From assembly GCA_013265495.1 (NCBI GenBank), contig MU063554.1, positions 5,926,574 to 5,990,573 of the forward strand: a stretch of DNA of 64,000 bases, in the 5' to 3' direction. The DNA comes from Vicugna vicugna (Eukaryota). A program made the translations under genes and the position numbers. Positions 49,204 to 63,295 of this stretch are shown one piece after another. Each line of letters starts with the position of its first letter. The stretch's first letter is position 1. The notes below the pieces were generated by a model, which saw nothing but the letters and a program-made list of their open reading frames with translations, was not told the DNA's origin and ran no database searches.

Positions 49204-50299
49204 TTTGGAATGAAAAGTCTGCAAGAGAGAAAAGAACCATTGAGGAGAGGTAGGTTGAGGGTCCAGCCCCTGAATCAGTGACCTTCTAACCCGCACATCG
49301 TTAGCAATAGAATGAGGACAAGCAAGACAGCTAACAGTTTTCTCCTGTAATCTCATTTGATTTTCACAGTAACCTCCTAATTTAGACACTAGTGCTCTTG
49401 TTTTATAAGTAAGTGAGTAAACAGATCGCAGAGAGATTGTGTAACGTACCCTGGGTCACACAGCTAGTTGTGTTCTGCCTGGAATTCAAAGTCAGGTCAC
49501 AATCCCAAATACAAATCCCAGATCCCACGCTCTTTGCTTTTTCTGCTTCATAGGCTCACTTTTTAAGAAGTGAGACAGTGAAAACAGATTGCAAAGCCCC
49601 AATCTTAGTCTCCAGAAGTGATCTCCTGCACCTTAGAGATCATTCCAAACATCCTTTGTCCCTTTGTCCCTTTGTCCCTGCGTCTCCCTAGTGAGAGGTA
49701 TTTACTACTGCAGTGATGACCCTCAAAAAACGGAACTTGAGAGCAGAAAGCTGCCTGCAACCGTGGTCCTCCAGGTGCCTGCTCTCCCGAAAGATCTCAT
49801 CCAGCAAGACTTCAGCATCAGGAGGAGTTTAGACTAAGCACCTGATGGCAGTTTGGAGTAGGTCAGGGTTGGGCCTGCATCACCTCTAACGTTCACGGTG
49901 GGCAAAATTTTAACCTCTCTAGACTTCAGGTTTTTTTTCTGCTCTGTGACATAGGGATAATTACCTGTACCCTATAGAATTGTTCAGAGGATTGAGAGCG
50001 GTAATATCACTTGCCTATGTCAGGCCAGTCTTAACACGATAGCCACGTCCTCAACAACCTCTTTGTCAAAACTAAATTGATATAAATTGGATAACATTTT
50101 ATTGCACTAGAGATGACTAAAGTTAGAAGGAACTATATGAGGAATCTTTTTGCTGAACAAGTAACTCCTTTGGGAAACTGTAAATTTCTCTCCATTTCCA
50201 TTTATTTGCTTCAGCAATTTTTGTTTTGTAGCTTCCTGTCTATTTGGCTAAAGTTAAGTTTTCTCACTAAGTTATGCTCACAAAAATCCACCCACCCAC

Positions 50300-51130
50300 T
50301 GGACAGTTTATCTGTGTGTTCTAAGCGGACCCCCTAAGCTCCCCTACCCTGAGCCTGCTCCTTCTTTCTCCTCCTCTCAGATGGTCACATCACTCATGTC
50401 GGTCATCCACGTCAGAAAACTGCCCATCACTCCGCAGGCTTTCATCACCCTCTTCCCCACACCCAGGGAGCGACCAACTGTTCTTCATTCTTGAGACGTC
50501 TCAAGCCTCGCCTTCTCTCCATTCCCCTGCCCTGTTCTTGATCCAGACTCTCCTCATTTCTCCCCTGGACAGTCCCAAAGCCTTCTGGATTCATCTTCCT
50601 CCCTCCATCCATGTTACCTCAAATCAATTTTTCTCAAGGTTGCCAGCCTGAACTCCACCAATCTCATTCTGCACGAAGACCATCTCCTGGGGGTTAGAGG
50701 CAAAGCCCTCATACGGCACATGCCCCTCCTTCCCCTCTCTTCAGCTCCATTGCCCACCTGTATGTCCATCCTCAGTCCCTCTGCATCCTTTAGCAATAGC
50801 CACCTGCCCATGACCCTCCTCTCCCAGCGCTGCTCTGACCCTCCCCACCACTAACGCCTCTGTGCCCTGGACAGGCTGATTGCTCTCCTGGAATGTCTCT
50901 CCCTTTGCTCATGGAAAAGCCCTTCTTTCTCACTCTTGAAAACTCTACTTAGACATGTACCTTCTTGAGAGGCTCCCCCAACCTCTTTTCGTCTTGTGAC
51001 TTCATCACTGTCTCTCCTCTCCTCTCCTGCTCTGACACTTGATTCTGCTCCTACTACTCCATGCACTGGCTGCGTGCAGTTCTATGTAATAATCTGTAGG
51101 TTCCTTGAGGAATAGGACCACTTATTTATA
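50300..51130 (+). mobile_element. L2 fragment
   Basis: Pyrimidine-rich L2 ORF2/3' sequence. Confidence 0.55.
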
Positions 51131-53679
51131 GTCCATGCGTTCAGTACATTGAGTTGGACATGTCATCCTCAGCAGGTTCCATGTGACGTGCTGGGGCTAC
51201 CGTGGAGGAGCAAACAGGGTCCTTGCCCTTAAAGAGCTTACTGGGAAGACAGACAGGTAGCAAATACCACCCACCAGGTACGAGACGTGCATGTGATGGA
51301 CAAGTACAGGCATCTCGTGCTAAGGACGGCTTCTACCGGAAGTGACAGCTAGCTGAGACTTGGAACCTGTTAGCGGGGGAAGAGGGCCAGAGGAGAGGTT
51401 TAGGCCAAGAGAACTGCCTGTGCAAGGTGGGTCCAAAGAACAGCAGAGGTGCCATGAAACGGAATCTCAGTGGTGCAGATGCCGGAGGGAAAGGGGGTGG
51501 GAGGCGGTGACAGGTGCAGAAATGAAAGGCCACGTGGAGAGACGGGCAGACTTGCCTCTGGGCCAGGGATCCACCGAGGGGATTGGCGTGGAGGAGTGCT
51601 CGATCAGAATGGAAGGTTCAAGGGCTATTCTGGGATTTCCTGTGTCATTGGTTTGTCTATCCTCCCCTCTTCCCACCACGCACTCCACGCACAGTGCAGG
51701 GGCTCAGTAGATACCCGTACGCTGATCTGAGTTGGAAGAGGTTTACATCAGCGTCAGAATCAAGTAAGTAAATGAGGGGGAACATGGGACTAGAACCCCG
51801 GGTTTCTTCTATGTGACGAGCTCTGTGACACCTGGGGGCCTCCTGGAAGCCCTGTGAGACTGCGGGGTCTGCAGGATGCCCTGCTGTGTTAACCTGGGGG
51901 TCTGCAGGACCACTGGCTTCAACAGTTTAATAGCAGCACTTGGTCTTGGCAGTCAACCAGAAGTCAGAGCCTAGGCAGGAACACTTGTGTCCTGCCAGCC
52001 TCAGAGCGATAGATATGCTTAAACTTAAAGCGCAGCAGCCTCGTGCAACCCCTGGCATCGCTTCCCCTCCCCGAGCTGCGCTGTCTCCTGCCTGTGAAAG
52101 AAGGTGGCTCCAAGGAAAAAATTACATGGTCTGTATTAGGCCCAGCACAGCGTCTGGCCCACAGTGGACATGAGCTCAAAGCTGCTTCTCCTCCATGGCT
52201 CTAGTGAGTCTGCATTCTTCCCTTGGGAGTGGGGTGAAGGGACAGGCTTGTTCCTGGACATCTGTGACTGTGAGAGGGGAGGAGGTTGAAGGTGGAGTGT
52301 CAGCCAGGCCCAAAGGGGAGGGAGTTGCTACCGGGGACAGGGATGAGGTGCCACAAAGCACCGGGCTGTCCCGTCTGACCAGGGGCCTGTGCCCCTTTCT
52401 GGGGAGGCTTTGATGGGCTGGGGCTCTCAGGGGCGCCTGCTAGCACCCTGTGCCTCCCAGAGGGCTCACATCCTCATCAGCACACATGGCCTTGCTACAG
52501 GACATCTGCTCTGTGCCCCAAAACCTGCACCAAGGGGGTCTGGGCTGAGCAGGGGAGACCCTGTGACCTGACAGCCTCGTCTGCCCATAGGTGTCCCGGC
52601 ACCCTGCCCATGACGCTGGCCTCCCTGTGACCTCAGGCAAGTTGCTGCTTCTCTCTGGGGCCTCAGGGAGGAAGCCTCAAAGGGCTCCTTCCTTGACAGT
52701 CTGGGCCTCAAGAAGCAGGTCCTTACTCTCGGAAAAAAGCTCCAGGAAAAAAGATCATTCGGGTTGGTTCTTATAATCCAAACTCCTTCCCTGCTTGGAC
52801 TCTCTTCGTCCAAATTCCTCTCGTGGCTGCACCTTCTCTCTGCCAGCTCCACGAAGACCCTCGCCCCTCTCTCAGCGGCGACACGACTGTGTCCTGGGGT
52901 ACCGTGTGTCCTGGGGGGCTCTGCCTGTCGGGGTGACAGGGACGCTGTCTTCCCTGCGCTCGCCCGGTCTGCTCTGGGCTCCTCTCCCACCACTGCCTTC
53001 ATTTCACCCTCCACTGCCTCTCGCCGGCTCGGTTCCTCCCCGTCTCCCAGCTGCAGTCTTCCCCGCACTGCAGACGGCCCAGGCTGTCTCCAGATGCAAG
53101 TCCCCTGTGTGTCTCACTCACCTGCTCAGACTCCTCCAGGGCTCCCCGCTGACCTTGGGAGGAATGCCCAACGCCTGGCTTTCAAGGTCCTTCTTCCCTG
53201 GGGCCCAGCTTACCTGCCCCCCCCTCTTCCCCAGCAGCGCCCTGGAGCACGCGGCTGTTCCCGCCTCCTGGGAAGGTGGCATTGCCCTCAGTGTATCCCC
53301 CTCCCAATCTTTATTTGCCTCCTTATCCAGCTTGGCTGTCGAAGAAGAGCTTGATTTCACTCCAAAACCCTGCACTCCCGGGGCCATTGTCTTTGTGACA
53401 CGCACGGTTGGTGAGGCCTCAAACCTGGGTAACCCAACTCTCTGTTCCTTCTTTGCCAAGCGCTGGGGCAAAAGTGGCTCAGCAAGGCGGGCCGGTCCGC
53501 TGTGAACTACCTGCCACCCTCCTTTATCTGCCGGGCGACATTGCCCCCATCATCTCACTCTCCCACGGCCTGTAGGGAGCGTCTCAACCTTCTCCATCTC
53601 CTTCAGGTGGACTCTTCACTCTGCCACACATGCAATTGTGCACGTGCATGCACACACACACACACACACACACCAGACA

Positions 53680-55120
53680 ACCTTGCCTCCTACCTCGCAT
53701 AAAAGAGAGACCCTCAGAAGTACCCTGCTTTCCCCAGCACTCTTCCGCCTCTCCCGGTCTTTCTGAGGTCAATCTCACTCCCCAAACTTTAAAAACCATC
53801 CTTTATCTGCACCTCAGGACCCTTATACCTCTCTCTTCTGTATTTAAACACTACTTCTCAACTAGATCCTTGCTGTTGACTTTTAAATACGTTCAAGTCT
53901 TGCCCATTAAGACAAACCACCACCACCAACAAAAAAAATAACATGTTCCCCTCTGGCTATTGCTCCATCTCCATCCTTCCCATCACATCCACAAGAGCCA
54001 CGTACTTACGGCCTCCCCTCCCACTCTCTCCCTGGCGCACTCCAGCCTGGCTCCCGGGTCCACAGAAACGGGACCAGCCTGTGAACTTACCAGGTTTTCA
54101 TCTTACCTGACTTCTCAGGAGCCTCTGACACATTCAGCACTTATCCCGTCCCTCCCCTGGGCTCTGGAAAGCCACGTTCTCCTAGATGTCTCCTGTCTCT
54201 CTGCTCCTCCTCCTTGTCCCCTCCGCCGATTCCTTGTCTCCTCCCTGTCCTCACGCGTTGATGAGCCCTCCAGCATCCGCGCCTGGTTGTGGCGCTCTCC
54301 TCTCTTTGATGGCTCCTTTCTCTCCAGCTGATCTCATTACACCCACAGTTTCATTACTAAGAAATGCAAATCACTTATTATTTTCAATCGCCAGCCCCGG
54401 GCTTTTCCTCTGAACTCCATATATCTAATCTCCTATACTTGATATCTCCTTCTGATATCACAAATGAACCTTAGGCTCAATCCGACCCAAACCAGATGGA
54501 GGCTCTTTCCCAAACACCATCGCCCAACGAAAGTTACAACCGAAACTCCCTTTCAACATCTCCATCCATGGCGCCACCACTCACCTAATAATTCAAGACG
54601 AGGACTCATCCTTGTACCGCCTTCTTCCTCGTTCCCCATGTCAACACATCACTTACCTATTTTAAATGTCCCCACAGCCTCCCATTTCCCAGAGTGGACG
54701 CCGATCCTGAATCCAAACTGCAGAGCCTCCAACTTCATCACCCATCTCAGACCCCTGCTCAGACTGCTCTGTCCAGCCATTCTGACCATCTTCATGGTCC
54801 TCACTGGTGAGGTTTGTTGTGCTCCACTTCTGGAATGTTCTTCCCACTCCCCTCACCAAACTTTCCCCCTGTTTAGATCCTGAATCACATCACTTCCTCA
54901 AGGAAGCTCTCCCTGACTACCCAGATAAGGAAAATTCCTCCTATGAAATGTTTTTTTTTATAGTACTATTAACTTCTTAGAAAAGCACCTTCCATTGTCA
55001 TGATTTTATGTTTATTTGTGTGGCTGAAAATTTAATGAGTCAGAGAAATTATCTATTTGTTCTCCATATACAGCAATGTTTGGCCAATAATAATGGCTCA
55101 GTGTTTGCTGAATGAATGAA
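53680..55120 (+). mobile_element. Long L2 fragment (RT region to 3' tail)
   Basis: catcttacctgacttctcaggagcctctgacaca...tatctaatctcctatacttgatatctcc...ttgctgaatgaatgaa. Confidence 0.7.
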
Positions 55121-55249
55121 TTGAAATAAAATTCAATGAGCAATTTACCTCTGAGGGGTGGTATTGATTACAAATGAGAAAAAGAGACTCTTTTAGGATA
55201 TTAACCAGGGTGATCATTACACAAATATGAATTGACTTTTACTTCTGAT

Positions 55250-56420
55250 CAAGACACATTAACTGACATTGGACTTGTAAACAGTTGTAAACAGTTTGGA
55301 AACTGACAAAATATATTAAACAATTGAGATGCTAAAAAATTGTAGGAAACAATTCAGACATTAGACAACAGGCAGCAAAGAGACACAAATGAAGTAATGA
55401 TGATTGTTTCCGTTTGCAGCCTCTAGGTGCTTTCTGTATAAGGGAAAGGAACCCAACGAGAGTATGTTGGCTTGCTGACAGAGGAGACAGGCATCAAACT
55501 TGGGAAAGCTAAGGGAACTACAGTTTTTGTAGCAAAAAATGTGCATTAGCTGAAGTCCAAAGATAAGTGCTAAGCTCTGTGAGCATGAAATGAAATTCCA
55601 CCAGGCTGGTCAAAAAACAAAAACAGAATAACTGTGAAGATGGAAGTGGAACAGTTCCCAGAGTTTACACACCATGGGGAGATATTTAGGTTGTGACCAG
55701 CCAGAGGAAAGAGACTTCTTTGCACACCTGGGGCATTCAGTAGAGACCCTAAAAGTGTCACCTATTGACATCAAGCTAAACTAACTTTGGTTTAAAGCTA
55801 CTCTTAGACACCCTAACACAGTCTGAAAATATGCATTGACAGAAAAAAGCAATTCTGCAGGTAATGTAGTTTGCTGTCAAAACCAGCATCAACACACTAT
55901 AAGGGAAGACAAGATAATATTGACAAAAAAGCTATAATTCACAATGTCTAGCATCCAATCAAAAATTGTTAAAAAGCTCTAAGAAAAAGGAAAATGTGAT
56001 CCATGTCCAGAAGAAAAAAATTAGCCAATAGAAACAGACATAACTGAAATTATGGAATTAATCATCAAGGACTTTAAAACAGCTACTTAAGTCTGCTTAA
56101 ATAAGAGAATATTGACATAATGTAAGAAAAATCAAATGTATAAAAAAAAATCAAACTGACCTTTAGAGGTGAAAGATTCAGTCTCTGAAATGAAAACTTC
56201 ACTGGCTAGGCTTACTAGAAAATTTAAATGGTAGAAGAAATAACTAAGCAATAGGAATTATTCAAACTGAAGAGAGCAAACTGGGGGCAAAAATAATGGT
56301 GGTCCAGTGACCCGTGGGACAAAAATCAAGTGGCCTAACATATGTGTAATTGGAGTCTAGGCAAAAAGGAGGTGGAGGAGAACAGAAAAAATGTTGAAGA
56401 AATAATGGCCAGAAATGCTT
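55250..56420 (+). mobile_element. Old L1 (L1M/ME) 5'/ORF1 fragments
   Basis: catcaaggactttaaaacagctact...ggcctaacatatgtgtaattggagtc...gaaataatggcc. Confidence 0.6.
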
Positions 56421-56917
56421 GTGTAATTTACCCTATGTAAACTATACCTAAGTAAAAGAGGCTAAACACAATAAAAGGAAATGAATACAGCCCTGCCATT
56501 TCTTTCCCTTTGCTGTGTGATCACACATGATTGTCAGTCTGCCTAGACAGCCCTCCCTACTCTCTTCACCTTGACAAACTCCTTTCCGTCTTGCCAACTC
56601 CAGTTCCAAATCACCCACTCACCAAGTGTTCCTGGATTCCACAAAAAGTCTGCCCCTCCCTTTACAAACACCTTGAGCAAATCACAGCAATTTACCTTCC
56701 TGTGTGTCTGCCTCCCTGGTTAGACAGTCTGGACCTTGCGTGGCTTCCTCCAGGGCAGGGAGTGATGGAAGAAGAATAAAGGTGGTGAAGGGAGTGGGAG
56801 GGCAGTGGGAGGGAAGGTGGGAGCCCTGAGGGCCAGGCTCTGCTGACTCATCCACACTCAGGGACTTCTGGAAAGACCTACAGTTGGTCAAACACAGGTT
56901 GGCCACCTGAAGGACTA

Positions 56918-57010
56918 TGGGGCTTTCCAAACTTGGCTAATCATCAGGAAAGCCTATGGTCTTTCTAAAATGCAGATTCCCTGGCCCCACCTAGAGCTCA
57001 GGAGTCAGAC
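56918..57010. mobile_element. MER5-like DNA transposon fragment
   Basis: aaaatgcagattccctggccccacctagag. Confidence 0.5.
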
Positions 57011-57394
57011 TTTTCAGAGAAAGATGAGAAGACTTGGGAGTGGAGAAAGCTGATGCTCCCCCCAACCCCCCACAACTTCTGCCCTTGTTCCAGAGAGAAA
57101 CTCTCCAAGATTACTTCTAGATCTGAGCTCCTCAGTTCCTGGGGCCTCAGGCTTCCTGGAAAGTGAAGGCCTGTTTCTTCCCAGATCATAAGACCAATCC
57201 TGCAACAAAGCAGGAACAGCCCCCCATCCCTGGTCCCATCAAGCTGGGGCCTTATTCCAAGTTCTCCCTCCTCCATGGAGCCTCTCCTGTCATGTTCTGT
57301 CCTCTCCAGGTCCTTTCTTTCTAGCCTATAGGATCTCTTGCCTACCTCACACATCTTTGTGCTTTGGTCCCATTTCTGGTTTATGAAGATCTTT

Positions 57395-57444
57395 ATATCA
57401 CTTCATATACCATATCACTTCATATACCATATCACTTCATATAC
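57395..57444 (+). repeat. Perfect 17-bp tandem repeat x ~3 (ATATCACTTCATATACC)
   Basis: Units start at 57395, 57412 and 57429. Confidence 0.95.
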
Positions 57445-58059
57445 TTTTCTCTTTATATGTGTATATATACATATTTTTCTTTTTTTTTAATTTCACCTTT
57501 CTTTGCTGTTACACTGTGGAGCAGATTGGGTGCCTCAAGACTGACCTTGTAATGCCATCTTATCCAAAATTAACCCTTTAGAAGCCTCCCAACAAGGACC
57601 CAACATTACCCACTGCAGGCGTGTGCACCTGCCTCACAGGGAAGTGCTCCCCTGGGCCCCCAGCAACCTCTTTTGCCACAACATTGCTCATTTCTTAGCC
57701 TGCCTGGATGGTCGCCTGGCTTGTAGGAATCTGAGATGGGAAAGGGAATGTGGAAGATCCAGACAGATGTCCAAGCCCTGAGGAGGTTCTTTTCTGACTG
57801 TTCATTTGTTTCTGGTTGGTTCTGGCAAGGAGGTCACTATTTCAACATTATGGGACACATAGTTTACTGCCCCACAAGGGCTCTTCATCTTGCAGGGCCC
57901 CTCTCCCCAGCCTAGTCCGGGAATCTGCGAGTCCTTTGTTCACAACATGCCAAGAAGAACAACAGCCAAAACAGTCTCCGTGCTGGAACGACACGCGTCT
58001 TTCACGGGAGCCCACGCGGCACACCCCCCTCCTCACCCTGGATGCCTTTAACAGGCGTC

Positions 58060-58270
58060 ACTAACACGAATGGGTGCCTACCAGGTGCAAAGTAGATTCA
58101 CATGCATTACGTCATTTAATTCCCCCCAAATACCATGAGAGATGGCGCTGACGCTCCCCACTTCACAGAGAGGAAAAACTAAGGGTTGGCGCATTTAAGT
58201 GCCTTGCCTGTTGTCACAAACCAAATGCAAGGCAGAGCTGGAATTTGAACTTCAGCCCGTCTGATGCCAG
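58060..58270. mobile_element. MIR SINE
   Basis: cccacttcacagagaggaaaaactaaggg...aagtgccttgcctgttgtcac...gcagagctggaatttgaac. Confidence 0.7.
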
Positions 58271-58319
58271 GGCCTCCGGCCAACCTCCAGCCACTTGAAG
58301 CCCCTGCCAAAGCCCTTAA

Positions 58320-58590
58320 AGTGAAAGGCCACTAAATGCAACGCAGTATCTTGGATTTGAGCCTGGAACAGAGAAAAGGTTATCAGTGAGAAGATCTGTT
58401 GGAATCTAAATGAAGTTCAGTTGCTAGTAAGGTAGCACCGTTAATCCCTCAATTGTGACCAACAACTTGCCGTTGGGTAAGATGCTAACTTTGTGAAAAT
58501 GGGGGCAGGCGATAAAAAACTCTACCGTCTTCACAGCTTTTCTGTAAATCTGAAATTATTCAACATTTTAAAAATTATATAAAAAAAGAA
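58320..58590 (+). mobile_element. L1MC-like 3' end
   Basis: ctaaatgcaacgcagtatcttggatttgagcctggaacagagaaaagg...cttttctgtaaatctgaaattatt and an A-rich tail. Confidence 0.7.
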
Positions 58591-61500
58591 GAGGCAAGAA
58601 TATCAATCAGGCACATAAGTCACAGACACATTCCAGCCTTGGCCTGAGACCGGGGGAATCAGAGAGGTGACTTCCGTGAACTCAGAGATTAAACCGTTTC
58701 AGGTGCTTTCTGCCCGGGATACTGACCCCCACAGGGACAACATCCAGGTCTCCTTGCTAATCTCCTCAAGGAGGAAGTCTCTCCTTGGTGCCAGCAAGTC
58801 TTTAAAGCCATCGGATGGCTGCTAACGTTCCTTTTTAACAAGGTGGAGCAGGCTTCAGGCTCAGAGGCTGCAGCAGACAACAGTCTTGATGGAATTTGAT
58901 CTCCAGTTTGGTTTTGCTGTGTGTGTTTTTAAAGTTAAGTTTTATTTGGGTCAAGTTTTTTTGGTTTTCTATGTATGGTTGTGGTATTAATTTTTCTATT
59001 TGAACATTTTTAACACAAATTGATTTCAAGATCAATCTGGAATGAATAACAGAACAAAAAAAATGGGAATTCAGCCACCGTCATAGAAGTGATTCAGGAA
59101 TGAATGAAGTCTGGGAAATTGAGGGGAGATGGAAAGCTTCACAGAGAAAGGGTTCCTTGGCCTTGGACTCTTACTGTCACATCTGATCACTGATGTGGTG
59201 GCCCAGGAGGGTGGGATTTGCTCTCCCGGCTGGGCCGGAACCAGAGGAAGCCGGCCACCAGACCTTAAGCTCTCACCTGGCTTTTCCACACTGCACTCTG
59301 TCTGGCACAGGTTCAGATGCTCAGAAAAATATTTGTTGACTAAATGAATGGGTGGGAGAATGAACATGCAGAAAAACTTTGAAATCAGTCCTGTCACTTT
59401 CAATACCAGTGTCAAAGTGCTGTCTGAGATAGAAGGGCGTTGGGGAACCATCCCGGGCCACCACACCCCCAATATGGCACAAATGGGGAATGGAGGCCCA
59501 GGAAGAAGGTACTTGCCTGAGCCACAGAGTCCACGTGCGGGAAGAGCAGGGCCAGGAAGCAGGACTTCTCACCCGTGATTGTCCTCGCCAGCACCCCAGC
59601 CTGTCACTTCTGGTCTATGACCGCACGAATGACCTCAGCCTGGGCAGACAAGAAACCAGCCTCCTGGCACCCTATGTGTGAGAAGCCAACTGCTCGGAAG
59701 CCACACAAAGGCTTTCCGCATTACATGGAAGGAAGGTCAAGTTGGATCACGACCAGGGGGCCTTCCTACCCTGGGACTGTGATGTTGGGCACTTGCATTC
59801 AGGGCAGGGGCTCACCCCTCTTCTGTCTTCAAGTACACCCACTTGTGGGCATCTCCTGGGCCGGAAGACTCCGGAGACTGATTGTGCATCAGAGCCCAGG
59901 GGGAGCAGGATCCCTGGGGTACCACTTTCTCAAAGAGGTTGACCTGACCACCACCAGCACCACCAGTCCCTCCAGTCACCCTTACCTTGTGTTCTTATTT
60001 ACTTATTTTTTACCCCATTGTTTACTACTTGCCTCTGTCTCCTAGCCTGGAAGCCCCACAAGGACAATGAGTTCTGATGTGTCTCCAGCCCCGGTCTCTG
60101 GCACAGACTGGACACTCGGCAAATATTTACTGAATGGATGGATGGACGAGGTCCCAATGAGTCCCGGCTCTGCAGCTTTCCAGCTGTGGGATTTGGAGCA
60201 AATTAAGTGATCTTCTTGGACCTCAGCTTTCTCGTCCATAAAATGGAATGGCCACACTCGTGTGAAGGGTGGGGGGTGTTGGGGGGCTGGTGTAAGCACC
60301 CATGCAGCGCCAGACCCCTGAGAGGCATCTAGTCAGTGCTGGTGACATCAAAGGCAGCTCGATTCACTCGCCCATGAGGTCCATCAGGCCACAAACACGT
60401 GGCTGGGTCAGGCTTCTTAGAAGAAGTGAGAGTCAGCCTTTTCTGGAAGGATGAGGAACATGGTGAGAGGAACTGGTGGGAGGGGTGAGCAAGGGGAACG
60501 GAGGAAGCACAGGGTGGAGTGGGGTGGCAGGAGCGGGGAGGCGCCCCGCAGAGGGGGTGCTCTGCAGACCCACGGGAAGCAGCAGGCTTGGCCCATCCCC
60601 GCGTCGGGGCTGCCAGGCTAAGGCATGTGGCCCTTCCTTCCAGAGGGAAGGCGAGCCTGAAGGGGGCTCGCCGGGTCTGGCACAGGGGTGGTTGCTGGGC
60701 AGACTGTCTTTTCAGCAAACACTGACCGTTTCCCATGACATGCACTGGCCTGGGCACTGCGGGCACAGGGACACCCAGTCTGCAGCCACAGGGACACTTA
60801 CAACACACAAGTTTGTCTGGGTGACCCTCCAATTAAACTCCTGCTAAAGGGCCCCCAAGTCCTTCAGTTAAAGGCCAGCATTCTCCCTGTGACCCATGAA
60901 GCAGCACCCTACCTCTCCAGCCTCACTGCCCACTTCCTCCTGCCTTATTTTGTTTTTTTTGTCATATTAACCTCATTTTAGCTCCCTGTCCATGCCACCT
61001 TCCTACCCCCGGGCCTTTGCACATACTGTTCCCTCCGCTTGGTATAGTTTCGCTCTTCTCCCCATCCCAGCTTCCTCCCCCTTTTTCCCATATAGAATTT
61101 ACTTCTGTAGTGGAGAATGAAAATATGGCTGTGAAGGTAGGAAATCATGTAGACAAATGTTTTAGAAGTGTGACAGTCATTTTAGAATAAAGTTAGTTAA
61201 AAGGAAGATGAATAAAGCACTAGAGATTAAGCTTAATTTCTACTGGAAAGACCACCAGTGTTTTATATATTATTAACTACACAAGGAAATACACACTCAT
61301 GCAGTTTTAATTAATAACTACAATTAAAAAACAGATATACTCCCAGCATTCAGAGCTTTTTGCAGTTGTCTTGTCCCCAGGGAAGCCTTGCTGGAGCCCC
61401 CAGCTTGGGTCAGACCCCCCTGTTATACACTCTCAAAGCACTCGTAGCTGCCTTTCATCGTGTTCACTGGAGCTTGCGATCATAAATTTATGTGCATTGT

Positions 61501-63289
61501 TATTCAATTCGTGGCTCTTTCTCCCCCTGGATATTAACTCCATTAAGGCAAGGGGCAGGTCTGTTTGTACTAGCCCAGGGGTTGCTGCCCCATAAGTCAT
61601 TGTTTAATACAAAATTGATTGCAGGGAAAATTTAGACCCAGGAGTCATCACAATGCATGGAGATGAGTGCTTTATTAAAGGGCTGCTAGGAAAGATGTTG
61701 GAAAGGAAGAGAACATTTCATAAAGAGGTCATAATGGACTGGGCACTGAAGGATGAGTAGGAGCTTGTTAGGCAGGAGACGAGCACGCCTGGTAGCAAGG
61801 ATAGCACCTTTTAACAAATGAGAGGGCACTGAGGCTCAGAGGCTTTAAATGACATGCCCAAGTCATCCAGCTACTAAGTGGTTTACCCGCTTGTCCCATG
61901 TTACCAGTGGCATATGTTGTGGATCTGAGCTGCCTCCTGAGGGTTCCTGTGTTCATCTGGTTGCCCTCCCACCCCCAAGGCTGGTGCCACGGAAGTGGTG
62001 ATGGTCTGCAAAGTGCTCTACAGGGGTTCCCAGTCTTCTGCTCCCATATCTGTGTCCTTGGTGCAGGATATCAATCTTCTTGCCCTCCTCCACCCTCAAA
62101 GACGGGTTACTCACTCTGGTGCTCCCCGATCTTAGCACTTAGCATCCTCTACCAGCCTTAACCCTCTCCAGGCTGCCTTCCCCACCAGCCAGTGTGGGGG
62201 TGGGGTCTCCAGGGCCCTGAGGGTGCCTAGGATGGAGGAGGTGGAGAAGGAAGCACTTACTGAATACACACCTGCTAAAGTGGACAGGGCAGCTCTCTTA
62301 CCTTGGAGTGGAGCTGAGGAGTGACTAGCGGGCCCCCAGGTCTATGTGGAATGCCTCCCTTCCTGCCCCAAACCAGATGCTACCGCTGTGTGCTGACTGT
62401 GGCTAACCACGAGGACACAGGGGAGTCACTTCACCTCTCTGAGCCTCACTTTCCACATCTGTCATATGAACGTCCATTCTGGCTGCCCATGGGGCTGCTG
62501 TGACCAGAACACAAAAGGCACACAGAGCTGTGAGTTGCTAGGCACGTCCAGGGGATGGCAGTTGGCGCCAGCTCGGGCTTCTTAGGGCCAAGCCACTGAA
62601 GATCCCCTCCTCCCAAAACACCTTACCCATTAGCACAGGCAATTCACAGCAGGAGGCAAAGGAATCAAGGTACTTAAAGAAGCCCCACACGTGTAATCTT
62701 AGCCCTGTGAACACTGGTGCCCCCTGGTGGTCACAGGCAGACCCTGCAGGGCCATGCTTTCTGGGCCAGGCTCAGAGACCCCATTCACTCTTCAACCAAG
62801 TTGCTGACGGTTCAAATGCCAGGCTCTTCATTTTGTGCCCAAAATAGTGACTCTGGAGGCAGAAAACCTAGCATTGAGTCCTGGTGCCCGCTATTCTAGG
62901 TTGCATCTGTCTAACGCTGGACTAGCCCACTTCCGTTTTGCCATCCGCCTTGATGCTTAGCTGAGCTCAGAGCTCCCACGTGGACGCTGGAGGGTAGGTA
63001 TCTGTGTAACTTACCTGCCAAAGACCCAAGGCCAAGGCTAGTTTCCTCAGAGCCCCGGTGTGGGGGAGCATCACTCATGTCCTGACTCTCCCCAGTGTGT
63101 GGTATTCATGTCCTGAATCTTTGTCTATTTCTATAGGGAACTAGAGTCCTAGAGAGGGTATGGCTTTCCCAAACACTTGGTTTCTAAGATTTGAACCCAA
63201 GTCTCTCCCACTAGGAGCCCCAGGTACTCTCCTTGGCTCACAGCTTTCCCAAATTATCCACTGACAGTCAGCAGACCTTGTGGGTGTTG

Positions 63290-63295
63290 TTTATT
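63290..63295 (-). terminator. SERPINA12 polyadenylation signal AATAAA
   Basis: tttatt on the + strand, about 280 nt after the stop. Confidence 0.6.

Noticed and set aside
49204-49389. In-frame N-terminal extensions of ORFs (also 35813-35887 and 20120-20149)
   Set aside because: They run through splice acceptors into introns. The true starts are the signal-peptide Mets at 49203, 35812 and 20119.
49654-49679. (CCTTTGTC)x3 and scattered CA/GA microsatellites
   Set aside because: Ordinary simple repeats.
52466-53505. Three overlapping ORFs of about 200-236 aa
   Set aside because: Low-complexity Pro/Ser/Arg translations expected in GC-rich, stop-poor DNA, open on both strands.
60329-60832. Serpin-like words (FQKRL, VNRAAFDV) suggesting a decayed serpin
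   Set aside because: Spacing and flanks do not fit serpin exon structure, and there is no hinge or FNRPF motif.
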